A stretch of DNA of 64,000 nucleotides, from NCBI RefSeq assembly GCF_001194135.2, contig NC_068982.1, positions 131,174,571-131,238,570 on the forward strand, given 5' to 3'. Positions 24,681-38,455 of the stretch are shown piece after piece. This DNA is from Octopus bimaculoides. Lineage: Eukaryota. The notes below the pieces were generated by a model. That model did not search any database. It was not told the origin of the DNA and was given only the letters and a program-made list of their open reading frames with translations. Made by a program: the position numbers and the translations under genes. Positions within the stretch are counted from its first letter, which is position 1. Each line of letters opens with the position of its first letter.

Positions 24681-26106
24681 TTGGATGGATTGTACTTGTA
24701 ATTCGAATGTTTAGCCTTATCACACTGTTTTTCTGATTCCATTTGAGAATTACACTAAAGGTACACACATCAGTATAATATTCAGTCACTTAACATGCTA
24801 ATTCACCCAGGATGTTCTTATGTCAAAAGCCCACCATTAAATAATATAGATAGGTAGGTAGATAGAGTAATAGACAGACAGCTACACACACACACACACA
24901 CACATGAATGACATGATTAATAACACAGAAGCTTCAAAGAGTCTTTGTAATCAAGTCACCTAGAAATATGCTCACCCAAATCTTTTACATTTTTCTCTCT
25001 ACAATGTGTTACACTGAATTTATTCTTTGATCATATTCAGGTAGAGCTTTATTTCAAAGTCAAATCTGTTGATTCAGATTTGAACATGCAGCCACAGTTC
25101 CTCAGTAACAGACACTAAATAGGTAAAACTATAATTTCTTGTAAACTTTCAACTTGACACCAAACACATATTTTTAGAGTCTGCCTTTATGTCCAAAAGA
25201 GTATGTGAAGAAATAAAGCTCTAAGAGACATAAAAAGAGAAGAAAAAAAAAGAATGATCACAATATACCACAGATAAGAACATAAAATACAACACTGTTT
25301 CAGTGAGAGTTCTTATACAAAAACTAATTTGATAAAAGAGAAAGAAAAAAAACTTATATTTTACTTAAGAAATAAAAGAAAAAAAAAACATTTGCTATGC
25401 CTTTGATTAGTTAGATGATTTTTCAACATTGAGAAAAGAGTGAGCTTTTTATGTTGAATATCATGATACTTATTTAAAAAAAAAAAAGAATTTTATAAAA
25501 AAATTAATAAATTCTAGAATCTGTTTCTAAAAGTATAGTATTTTAATGAACTACCATTAGATTTGAAAATAAAACAAGCCTAAGTGAAAAGTATTTATAT
25601 GTTGTTGTTTTTTCCAGTTTTTAATCAAATACTAGAGTAACAGATACACATAGTCTATATAATAGCTGCATGTGTGTGTGTGTATAAATATAAATAACAT
25701 GCAATATTTACATATACGCATTTGCAGACACATCTATATACATGTACATACACATATATACATACATACAGATACATATATATGTACACATACACATATG
25801 TATGCACATGTACATATATATACATATATAGACATACATATACAGATACACACACACACACACAGGCGAATGTACATGTGCATACACATACGCACATACT
25901 TTTAATTATCATTATTATTATTATTTTGGATCAACAAGTTACCAAATTGACTCAAGGACTGAGATTTTCATGCATGGCACTTGATAAATGCCATGTACAT
26001 AAGTCTTAGCCTTTGGGTCACTTTGGCAACCTTCTGCCAATTAGAACAAAACACATGTACTGAGTTTTGTTTATTTGTTTAACCAAACACACACACACAC
26101 ACACAC

Positions 26107-26146
<40 letters not shown>

Positions 26147-26401
26147 CACATGACTATTGTTACACATATATTTGCACATATGTATACATGCATATCTATA
26201 CACACACGCACACACACATATATATATACATACACATATATACATGTACATACACACACATATTTATACATATATATACTCATACATACTTATATGCATG
26301 CATACATATACACACAAATACACACAGGACAAACTTTTAATTGGTTAATCAAAGTCTCCATAGAGTATCATGGGATATATCCAGTATTGGCAGGCACTAA
26401 C

Positions 26402-26631
26402 TGTAGCTGTAGTGGTAATAATTGTAGAAGTAGTAGTAGTGGTAGGAGCAGTAGTAGTGATGGTTGTGGTAGTTGTAGTAGATATCCAACTCAGCAAATC
26501 AGTGGTACAACTGCTGATACAGTATGAAACTGGTGACTACCAGCAATCATCCACTGACGTGCTGCGAAGAACAGTGATCTCATCATCAGGACGTTATTCA
26601 TCACAAAACAGCCACAGTGCACCGTAAGATT
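26402..26631 (-). other. Candidate non-coding (5' UTR) exon containing a cryptic (ACT)n tract
   Basis: Acceptor ctgtttgtttgtttag| and donor ACA|gttagt. All frames from the acceptor contain stops. Confidence 0.3.
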
Positions 26632-26749
26632 CTAAACAAACAAACAGTCCTAGTTCTTGGCAGATGAAAAAAATCCAAAATAATAATAATGTTAATAACA
26701 AAAGAAGGAAACTTTTAAGTATGATACCATTTTGTCAATATTCTCCACA

Positions 26750-26750
<1 letters not shown>

Positions 26751-26794
<44 letters not shown>

Positions 26795-26855
26795 CAGTAG
26801 TAGTAGTAGTAGTAACAGTAGTAGTAGCAGCAGCAATAATAATAATAATAATAGC
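26751..26855. repeat. Compound (GTA)n/(GCA)n/(AAT)n microsatellite
   Basis: Directly visible trinucleotide arrays. Confidence 0.95.
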
Positions 26856-28104
26856 AGCCATTGATAAACTATAACATTTTTTTTTCTTTATCAATACAGA
26901 AAGGAAAAAAAAAAAAAGACTAAAGGCTTCTGCAATGATGTGTCCTGTCAATAATGGTTATTTGTACCTTTTTCTTTAAATGTATTTGATACAGTTTTAA
27001 AAAAAGGGGCTCATAATATATAAAGTATAAATGAGATTTGGGACAGTTGGGGGGATTCACAGTTGAGTATGCATAAATATGTACGTATGTATAAATGCGT
27101 ATGTGTGCTTATGTATGTAGGTGTGTGTGTATACGTATGTATGAATAGAATATTCACAGATATTTGAAGAAAAGTGAGACTGATATTAACATGAGTTGGT
27201 ATTAGTTAGAAACCCCCAAAATAGTCAATATTTCATAAAGTTTTACGCTGCCATTAGTGTTAATAAAAGGTGAAAACAAGTAGCAGAACACACACACACA
27301 CACACGTATATACAAATATAAGCACAGTTGAAATAATCTATAAGAACTATCTATCTTTGAAACAAGACTTTGCCAGCACCTTGGAGATACAACAGTAATC
27401 TCAGACCTTACAAAAAACAAAAAAAAAAGAAAGAAAGAAAGAAAGAAAAAAAAATCATTCGGCCAAGATTCAAGGTGAGTCTGTTAAGCAAGCTGCTTGA
27501 GGGGGAAGAGGTGGAGGGAGAAAAAAAAAGAGACAGTGGTGAAGGAGGGGAGAGAGAGAGAGAGAAGGGAGAGGAGAGAGAAAGAGCAACTGATGGCTCC
27601 TGGAGAGCTGAGATGTGCTGGGGGAAGCGGGTTACTGGCTCCAAGGTGGAGGACATGGGGGAGGAGGAGCAGTGGTGGTGGGGGGAGGGAAAAGCTCTTG
27701 TAAAAGTTGATGTTAGCTTTGAACATGACGCGCACTGCAGAGAGGTGTACTTCCGGATTCCAATAAAAGGAAATATTTCTAATCATTCTCAACTTTCAAT
27801 CAATACCTGCCCATTACAGCTATTAATAACATGGATTCTCTCAATGCATTACTTGTGCAAAGTTCATTCAGACAGCTCAAAAATAGACTCCATAAATTTT
27901 TAATCAGTACTGTCTATAAATGGAAAAATGTTGGAGATGACAGTAAAAAAAAAAAAAGCAAAAAAATTTCAAATAACAACGACCAGTTATAATGAAAGTA
28001 AAATAAAATAAAATAAAATGTTAAAAACAAAAGAAAAATAATTATGAAAAGAAAACAGATATTTGAGCTAATAACCAATACATACAGTAGATGATGATAA
28101 TCTT

Positions 28105-28833
28105 CTAATTAAGGCATAGGCCAGTAGTTTTCAGGTGTGGAAACTAGTCAATATCACTGACTTCAGTACCAAACTGGTACCTTACTTTAGTGAGCTGAGT
28201 GGGATGAAAAGCGAAGTTGACCTCAATGAGATTCAGACATGGGCCACACAGGGGACTTTAACACATCACTGCATTTCATCCTATGCCTTGATGAATTTGC
28301 CACCCATCATTTATTTTAATAATAATAATGATTTCTTTTATTTGCCACCAGGGCAAAGGATACAAACACAGACATAAAGTGTGGGGATTTACATATAATG
28401 GAATGATAAAATAAAAAGTATACATGGTATATTTTAGAAGAAGCGAAGTATACATAGTATATGACAATAGAAAAAGAATGGGGTGGGGAAGGATCATGAT
28501 AGGATCCCCCTGATTTAGGAGGACCTCTAGGGATAATTAAGGAACCCCACCATCCAAGATCACCATGAGTGCCAAGAATGAGAGCCCACTCCAACTACTT
28601 TCTTCCGACTCACAGGTCTACATAATAATAATAATGATTTCATTCATTTATAGGGAGAGTCAATTCAATTACAGTGATCCCAGTTCTTAACTGGTATATG
28701 TTACATTGACCCCTACCCCACCCAAAAGAATAAAAGGCAAAGTCAACTTTGGTGGCATTTGAATTCAAAATGTAAAACAAAACAAAAACAAAATGCTACT
28801 AAACATTTTGTCCAGTCTGCTAACAATTCTGCC

Positions 28834-28887
<54 letters not shown>

Positions 28888-28980
28888 GTGATGATAAAAA
28901 TAATAAAAATAATAATAATAATAATAATAATGGTGATGATAAAAATAATAATAACAATAATAATAATAATAATAATAATT
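28105..28980 (-). mobile_element. Two family B SINE copies (28105-28255, 28680-28835) and an adjacent (AAT)n compound microsatellite (28836-28980)
   Basis: ggatgaaaagcgaagttgac and aaaggcaaagtcaactttggtggcatttgaattcaaaatg are reverse complements of the family B core. The (AAT)n tract is interrupted twice by ggtgatgataaaa. Confidence 0.75.
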
Positions 28981-30120
28981 TGTAATGGAGAGCTGACACT
29001 AAAATCAGAGGCTCTCAATCAGTGAATGGGTCAGTTATATGCAAACAGAAAGAAACCTGGTAAATTCTAAAACAAATATAAATAAAACAGAACAAACAAT
29101 AGGTTTAATAATTTAAAGAAAGACTAACTATCCACTTTGGCTGGGAGGCAAACCCTAATCACACACCTTAGCTCAAGAGAAATATGTCTTTTTACTGATA
29201 AGAACAGAGAGGAAAACTCAATTCAGATAACAATTCTAGGCGGGTTTTTACATTCACATTTCTAAAGAATCACAACAAAATAGAATTTCAGAATTTTTTA
29301 AAATCTTTCGCTTCCCCTCTTTCTCCCTCTTTTAAATCTTTTAAATTTCATATAAAAGACTTTGTTTTGTTTTGTTGTTGCTTTTTTTTTTAATGTTGAA
29401 AGTTTAAATAACAAAAGACGAGAGGCTCATTAAAAGATATCTTACTCTATCACCACAAGTTCACTGAAAATTAAAAAGGAAGTTGTAATGAAAGCTCAGT
29501 CTCAAATGCATAATTCCATTTCTCAAATTATGAAACTTAAGTCATAGAAGTCAGCCATTTCTGAGTTAAGCCTGCTCTTAAATGGGAGCTTTCATTTCTT
29601 CAATGAAGTGAACTTTTAACTAAGGTAAAAGAAAAATAAAATAAAAGTAAAATTTAAAAAATTAAATAAAAGACAAAAAAAAATTAATTTGAAAAGTACA
29701 AATAAATTAAATAAAAGAGAAATTTTTTTCCAAGAATGAAATGAAAAGGACAAAACAATTATTTTTTCTCTTCTATTAGAGATATCTCAAATATGCAGAT
29801 GACTGTTAGACTGAGCTGAGCCCCAACATGCAGACAGGGTGAGGGAAAGCATGTTTTAACACTGGAGCTTATTAACTACAGAGATATAAAGTGGGGAAAG
29901 AGATTAGGTGTGTTTAATGGTAGGAAAGACTTGCTGAAGGAGGGGCTGCCTTAAATCCATTACAGTATGGTTGTCTTCATTGATTTCTTTCAGGTTAGTC
30001 AAATCTAATTATTAATTTGGTCAAAATTAGAGCGACCATCTACCTGAAGAAGGAAAATATATGTACAATATATATGTATAAATTCCATCCTAGAATTATT
30101 ATTGTTATTATTATTATTAG

Positions 30121-30156
<36 letters not shown>

Positions 30157-30250
30157 AAGACTGACTAGGAATAAGATGTGGAAGTGTTTGAAAAGTGAAG
30201 TATAGTGGTGAAATAAAGTAGCTGATGATTTAATTTTCTCCTCCAGTAGC

Positions 30251-30292
<42 letters not shown>

Positions 30293-31099
30293 GATGAAAT
30301 ATAAAAACTAAAAACTAATTGTAGTTGAATATTTATACACTTCAGAAATACTTGACCTTTGCATCCAATTTAGTGAAGCTGGTGGAAATGCACTTAGGCT
30401 TCATAGGCACTAAGCAACTAAAGGGAATAAATGCCAAAGAGAGGGTGAGTGGCTCAAATAAGGAGAGAGAGAGAGAGAAAAAAAAAAGGCATCTAAGAAG
30501 AAAAAATGATGAAATAGTCTCAAGCATTGTGCTACTAGGCGTGGCTGTAGTTAGTGGAAGTCTTATGGATATGACACACCCTGATAACATACAAGAGCAG
30601 GATACCCAAAAGCCCAATAACCTCAGCCGACCAACATCAATCCATGACTACTTCCACGTCATGATATCTGAACCCACTAAGTTAGTATGGGATCCTAACT
30701 TAGAGATTCTAATTCCATTCAGCATATCTTTCCTGTCATTCAGCTCTTTTTTCTTTTCTTTGTTTCCTCCTTTCTTTCTTTTTTTTTCAACTGGTTAGTC
30801 ATTGGTGTGTGTGTGTGTGTGTGGATGGTGACTAAGTCGCCTTCTCAACTAAGCTACCTTCCCCACCCTGCCTCCCCTTCTAATTAAAAAAAAGGGGGGG
30901 GGAAGAGAGAGAGACAATCATCATATAAGAAAAATAATATAGCATTTAAATCATAGTTCAGTCCTCCCACACTATTACCTGAATGAGGTATTTTAAATTA
31001 TAGATAGATACTGTAGCATACTAGAAACGGTATTTGCTTGCTAAATTTTGTCAATTTGTAAAATTACTATTTATGAAAAATATACCAAAAAAAATAATA

Positions 31100-32700
31100 A
31101 TTCATAGTTAAGTGCGCGCGCGTGTGTGTAATAGAGAGAGGGGAAGGGAGAGAGAGAGAGAGGGAAACATTGGGAACACTTATAAATTAAGTAACAAACA
31201 ACGAATCGAAGAGCTGGCGCACGTTAACAGGTATTGAAACACTAGGAAAGAGCATGAGAAAGAGAGAGAAGTTTGTAAGTAGTGTGCAATTTAAAAAAAG
31301 AAAATGCTCAGATAACCTAATAGGTTAGATACCTTAAGAAGGAAAAAAAAAATCATTAAAAAAATCGAACGTTTATATAGAAATTTCTCACACATACAAC
31401 CACTCACAAAATAAATCTATAAAATATTCATTGTCGAGTGGAAAATATGTCTAATATAAGTATGACAGCTTAAACAAAAATATAATAAGATAAAATAATT
31501 ATAATTAAAACTAGTAAAAAAAAAAAAAGACAGATAGAAAGTAAGAAAGAACGAGAGAGAATAAGAAGCTAAGATTTTCTTGTGTACGCGTTCCATATTC
31601 CGTAAAAGAGAACGTGCTCCATCGGAAGAGTAGTGTCCCGGGACGGGAGATTCATGCTATGACATCTAAAACCAGACAAATCTTAGCAGACAGAAAACGT
31701 AGAACACAGAGATACATAAAACCAATACAATGATAATAATTACATGTAATATTAAGGCAGCCATAGATTTGCTTTGATGATTAACGAACAAAAAAGAAAA
31801 AATATATATATATTAAAAAAAGGACAAAAATATGAATGGTAGTGAAAATCAAAACCGAAGGCGATCAGAAAACAGGAAAGGAATGACAGAAAGTTAAGGC
31901 TAAAGGGCGACTAGAGCATCTAAAAAAACTACCACGAATAATTAGACATGAAACCTTAGAGTTTTGTGCAAAGGAAAAGAATTTGTAGCGATTCTAATAA
32001 ACAATAATATTGATAATAAAGCAGCTGAAAAGAAAGATGGCAACAGTTAGTAGCAGAAGCTATAGTCGGTAAGAATGGTAACATTTTAAACAAGAGATGT
32101 ACTTGTTTTCCTTTTTAGGTTTCATTTTCTGGTTTTGTTTTTTTGTTGTTACTTTTTTTTTTAATTATCCGAAAATAAATTACCGCACACACCGGAAAGT
32201 TGGCTACATCTAATGAATACGTTTGCAGCTGATAACGTCAACACATGCAAAAACCTATGTCAATAAACGATGGTATCATCGCTTGTGCGTGTGTGTGTTC
32301 CGTTTTCTTTCTTTCTTTTTTTTTTTCCTAGTATTTTCCTTTTTAACATCGTGTTGATGACCAGGCGATAGAAAGGTAACTCAAAAGCGATCCATAGCAG
32401 AAACTATAGAAAAATTTATAAATACTAACTAATAATGATGAATAAACAAGAATTTTAAAACTATTGCTATAATACATGCGATGGAACTCCGTATCAAGAA
32501 TGAACGTCATTGCTTTATTTATTTATTTATTACAAGCGGAACAGTTACCACTTTCTATATAAAAAGACAAATAGATTTAATGTGCGCTCGATGTCATCAC
32601 ACACATACACACACACACACTATGTATAATCCCAAGCACTCCTGCATCGCAACTCATTCATCATATAGGCCGAATAAACTCAGAAATGGAGGGCAATCTG
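31100..32700. promoter_or_regulatory. CpG-retaining region, possible promoter or first-exon zone
   Basis: By eye, CpG dinucleotides are frequent here (acgaatcg, ggcgcacg, tacgcg, cccgggacgg, atcgc) but scarce in the flanking unique DNA. No TE recognised. Not quantified. Confidence 0.4.
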
Positions 32701-33379
32701 AAGAGTAAAACTGATAAGTAAGGATGGGTCCAAGCCTAAACAAATAACTATACATGCAAACACTTACACATTACATACATACAATACACGCATATATATA
32801 CAGACAGAATAAGATAGATACATACATTCACACACACACATACATAAACAAAATATATATATACACACACACACAGAAAAAAGTACATGTGCATGTATCT
32901 ATAACAACTACATGTATACACATAATTCAGATATATAAGACAAATATATGCCTAATGATAACCTGTGAACGAGTTTGAATTAGTAACATCTTGCATTTTA
33001 ATTAATTGTTTTCTGTGGCCCATTAGTGATGAGCAGGCATTGGACACTCACTCAACCCTCCCATCTGATCCAGCGGTGCATCTAGGATGTGACAGTTCAG
33101 GGCAAAAAGAGAAGCACAAGCAATCCCCTTGTGAAGTATCTTACGCCGGGATACATGCTACCAGGTCCAAAAATTCGTGCACATATAGACAACACACACA
33201 CATACACAAGTGTTATGGACCCATGCAGTTCAAAGTTTCGTGGGCTCAGGAGCTTTACTTCTCTGGGATAGGGCTTCTGTGAGGAGCCAACAAAACTTTA
33301 AGGTGCTTCAGGCCGAATCAATGTGTGTTTGAAATAACGATCTATGTAATAAATGTGTTGAGTGCCTTTTTCTTTCATT

Positions 33380-33542
33380 TGTTCACTTGCTAATGTATAT
33401 AACATACACACACACACACATTTACATATACATACACATATATGCTTACATATATATATATATGTATATATATGTACATGATTACTTATATAGACATAAA
33501 TACATATATCACATACATGAATACGAATATATATATATATAT

Positions 33543-33573
<31 letters not shown>

Positions 33574-33676
33574 CATACACATATATACATATACGCATAT
33601 ATATATACACATATATATATAAATACTTATATATGTACATATATATAAATACTTACATATGTACATACACACACAC

Positions 33677-33711
<35 letters not shown>

Positions 33712-33881
33712 AATACTTATATATGTACATACATATATATATACACACACACACAACGCATATACATGCATATATATTTATACACGTCATTCTCGATACA
33801 TATCTATATACATAAATATAGAGATACATATATATATATAATTTAATTATAAATATATATCATACATATGTATTCATATAA

Positions 33882-33972
<91 letters not shown>

Positions 33973-34023
33973 CATATATTCAATTATACATATATCTATA
34001 CATATATATTCATATAAATACAT

Positions 34024-34055
<32 letters not shown>

Positions 34056-34287
34056 TCAATTATACATACATAATCTATACATATATTCATATAAATATAC
34101 ATATATATATATATTCAATTACACACACGTGCATGTATATATTCATGCACTTTTATATATTCAGACATATATGCTTATATATATATGTGTGTGTGTGTAT
34201 GTGTGTGAGTATGTGTGTGTGTGTGTATATATATATATACATATATGCTAATATATATACATACATATATACATACAAATATATATT

Positions 34288-34319
<32 letters not shown>

Positions 34320-34797
34320 CAAATATATATTCATACATATATATATATATATACTCATATTTTAGTTATATGTAGAGACGTGTATATCTATTCATACGTG
34401 TATATATTTATACACGTGTGTGTATACATATACTCATATATATATATATATACACAAATAATCATACATGAATATACATTTATAAGCATATAAATACATG
34501 ACACACACATACATACACAAATACAAACATACACACATATACATATGTATATACATATATGTATATCTACATATAGATATACACACACACGCGTATATAT
34601 GTATGTATATATGTACACACATACAAAAATGTGTATACAGATACATATGTGCATATAAATCCAATATAGACACCACTATTCATGTACATACAAATATACA
34701 TATGTGCATACATATATACTTATACACATATGCATACATGTACGTATCAATGTATATATGCGTATATGCAAACATTCTTATATACATACATATGTAC

Positions 34798-34835
<38 letters not shown>

Positions 34836-35160
34836 TGTGCGTGTGCCCGGGCACAGAGGCAAAGCATACATGCAAGTTCGTATAAGACACATGTATCGAT
34901 ACACAAATACACACGTACAGAAACACATGTATTGGCATCGAATAGATATGGACGCACGCGCGCGCAGACATAGGCATGTACATACATATGTTGATACATA
35001 AATACACGTACATATGTATTAACATGTGTCTGTTCATATGCGTGTGTGCGTGCGTATACGCACATCTATTTCCCTCTTTTGTATGCACACACAAATACAT
35101 ATGTATCTCTCTCTCTCTCTCTCTCTGTCTTTCGGCACACACAAACACACACACACGGAA
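33380..35160. repeat. About 1.8-kb TA/CA/TACA cryptic microsatellite field
   Basis: Continuous alternating purine-pyrimidine low-complexity sequence; the source of many spurious Y/I/H/T ORFs. Confidence 0.95.
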
Positions 35161-35299
35161 TAAGTACTCCACACATGAAATAGAAAACTTTTCACCACCG
35201 TTAAAAACTGAAATTTTTTGTCCTTACTCCCAAGATTCGCGTTACCTTTCAAAACGTAGTAACACGAAACTTAGGGCAACAACTTAAAAAAAAAAAAAA

Positions 35300-37600
35300 A
35301 AGTTAAAACATCTCAGCATCAAACGCTGTTATTATCTTACACACATACAGTGATCACGAACGTAAAGAAAAGCGAAAGTAAGTCAGTAGCAACCAATGAA
35401 TAGAAAGGTCCACACCCACTACACCATCGAATACTACAAAAATATAAGTTAAATGCTGTAAATTATAGTGATAGAATAATTTGGTACCCTCAGTAGTAAT
35501 CGTAAACTAAAACCAGGGAGCCTGTACTCACCTCTAACAGCCATTTGAATATACTTGTAAACAGACTGTAAAAAGGAAAACTTGCATCTCCTGATAGCAG
35601 CTGAACCTGCGAGGACGTCCTTTAAGAAGGCACTCTACTACAATGATACGTAAGGAAGAGAAGGACACCGGTATATATAGCCATGCATACGTCCCATGAC
35701 TGGTAACGGATCGGCACTTTCCATTTAACCCACAGGGGGGAGACAGTCATCGGATTAGGACGCGCAAATACCTAAGTAAGCCGCAAAGGTCGATGAGCAG
35801 ATACAATAGGTGTAAAGAGAAGCGGAATTATCTCTTTTTAAAGTCAATCCAATTAACAAAGGCTTTGTGTATGCGCGTGATTAGGACTGTGTATGCGTAT
35901 GCACACCAGAAAATACACTTAAATAAATAAAAATAAACAGTTCAATGGCACGAAGAACAGGTATTAAAGTCAAAACAAAAGCTATCACTCCCCGTATAGG
36001 AAAGTGGGTGAGAACTCTGACAAATTTCGACCAATCAGACGACGTCTTACTGCCAGCCATTCATTGAAAGTCGGCAGTAGGGAGGAGGCTGTATGAGTAG
36101 AGTAAATTAAAAGTTGACACTGATCATACACTAATACCCAAATCGATATACATATATTGATGTGCACTAGTGGCCAGTTGCCAAAATCTCGCCATTAAAT
36201 TTCATTACGTGCAAGTATTAAAAATTGATGCCAACCGATGATAGAAGTACTTATGTATGAAATTGTCCGTTTTATCCGCACCGACAAACTGTGTGTGTGC
36301 GCGTGGTGTTCTAAGAGACATAAGGTGGGAGGGGGGCGAACAGCGTATACACTACACAGGCAAAGAATGGAAATTGGAAATGTCGTCATTCAATCGATAC
36401 ATTTATTCATAATTTTATTTCTCAGTGAAACATATATACAGTCATGTTAATAATTTCGCTTTAAGTTTTTTTCATTTATTTTTTTAATTATTTGAATGAA
36501 AGTATATAAGTATATTTATCAGTGGGTGTGCGCAGTGAAGTCGCCAATGCACGATCATAAAGAAAGACAGACAGACAGAATTATACATACACATTGATTT
36601 AGTCGATAAACTAATTTTTATTCAAAGGAGTGCCATTGTATTTTCCACCTGACTACGTAGATAGTTTGTGTGGTAATCCCATCAAAACTGCACGCTAATC
36701 AGCTTTGTAGTAATTAAGACGATTTTGTCACATGAGCACGTTTTTCACTGACAGCTGATCTATCTATCTACCTGCACCAGATCAACATCCGCATGGCGCA
36801 CAGATTCGATTAAAAGTTAGGATATATTTCCTCTTCAAACTTAAAAAAGAAAAACAAAAAAATAATATCTACATTTGTCAAAAATATGACAAGAGAAAGA
36901 AAAACGCACTCAAACAAGTACAAGTAACATAGAATATGCTTCCATAAACTTAAAAGCACTGCAAACATCGTACAAGTAAACGCGCGTGCGCATACTGAAC
37001 CGAAAGTAAAAACTTTGAAGTCTAAAAGGATGCGATATTTTAATTTTACTTTCTAGTTTATTTGTTAAAAGTGCATTAACATTTTGTTGTTGCTTTTTTG
37101 TTTTTAGTTACTGACATTGCATCAACTCGTTAACATATAATAGATCGATGACATACTGACATATATCGATTTGCAGGTAAACCACTCCACAGATCCCATA
37201 TATGATACTATAACTAGTTAGTACGCGGTCATTACGTAAGATTTCCACCGAACCTGATGACACTGTTGACTGAAGTTAGTTTCTATAGTACTTTGAGGTT
37301 TTTCTTTTCTTCCTTTCTCTTTTCTAACGCCTCTCTCTCTCCCTCTCTCTCTATTTGAGAAGCACTTTTGATTATTACAATAAAACATAAAATTATTGTT
37401 ACATTCAAAGAGGCATTCTAAGTAAATCCGTTTTTATCATAGCAGTTTACAACAATTAACTGCATATGAGAAGTTATTTAGCCTCAGCGGACATTCCTTT
37501 TTATAGAACTTGTTAAACCAGTAAATACAGCGACGCATTATAAAATAGCATAATAAATCGCACCTACAGAACATGAAAGATTGGTGTTTCTTCATAACTA
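35300..37600. promoter_or_regulatory. CpG-retaining promoter-like region, possibly bidirectional
   Basis: CpG-rich, TE-free unique DNA. CCAAT at 36031, gacgtc at about 36043, NRF1-like cgcgtgcgca at about 36983, four ATCGAT cores. Minus-strand donors near 35531 and 36050; plus-strand donor CAG|gtaaac at 37177. Confidence 0.55.
35532..35565 (-). CDS. 34-nt exon with a possible start codon (M-A-V-R, phase 1)
   Basis: Acceptor gttttcctttttacag| and consensus donor GAG|gtgagt. ATG at 35544 lies in caaATGG context. Confidence 0.55.
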
Positions 37601-38294
37601 AATAATAATGCACAAAGTTTTCTTGCCCCGAAAAGGACAGTTACTACTATGTACATATTAAAATAGACAGAGGATTTCCTTGTTACTGACAAAAAATTGT
37701 ATTTCATTCATTTTAGAAAACAGAATTTTATTTATGAGACTGTTGTTTAACCCTGGGAAAACCTTCGTTGAACATCCAACCTCATGACTAAAAGAGTTCC
37801 AACCACGACGGTCTCGTTGTTTCAGACCAAGGACTATATAGTCCAATGTGTTCTGTTTTTTTTTCAAGAAAGTAGGGCACACATGAGGGAATTTAACTGT
37901 TATTTCTAGCTCAAAAAGTTTATATGTAAGCACATTTCTTACCAAACAATGTAGATACAAATGAAGATATGACATAAACGTTAGCAAATGGGAAAAGATT
38001 AACCTATGAAATGTCCATAGGCATTTTAATTAATGACTTCATTTAACTCGGGCACAAATCCAATCTGTTGTAAGGTGTGGATATAATCACTTAAACCAAT
38101 GTCAATAGATTAATTATACTATTTCATAGTTGCAATAAAGCATTCAACCTGGTGTTCTTGGGTGTCAGTCACTTCCACAACATTCTAATTACCATGTTGT
38201 AACTAAAACTTCTATAAAATATTAATATAAACTTTTTAAAAAAACCAATAGGATAATAATGGTTTCATTAGGCGCAAGTCTAATAATTTGGTGT

Positions 38295-38455
38295 GAGGGT
38301 TAAGTCAAGCACGTTGATTCCAATGCTCAACTGGTGCCAAAAGGATGAAAGGCAAAGTCAATATCACTGGAATTTGAACCCAGAACGTAAGGATGGACGA
38401 AATACTACTAAGCACTTTGCTCAGAGTGCTAATGATTCTGCAAGTGCAATGCCTT
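38295..38455 (-). mobile_element. SINE family B
   Basis: ggatgaaaggcaaagtcaat...ggaatttgaacccagaacgtaa...aaatactactaagcactttgctc...gattctgc. Confidence 0.8.

Noticed and set aside
27370-27903. 177-aa plus-strand ORF (and the 157-aa ORF at 30325-30798)
   Set aside because: Largely built from A-runs and (GA)n purine tracts; no recognisable domain.
33298-35287. Many 60-170 aa ORFs rich in Y/I/H/T/C/V (also near 10.4-10.8, 25.7-26.5 and 55.5-56.0 kb)
   Set aside because: They are translations of TA/CA microsatellites, which lack stop codons in some frames.
35532-35544. MAVR as the start of eIF6
   Set aside because: Four residues are not diagnostic and no exon encoding the eIF6 continuation (ASFENN...) was found in the window.
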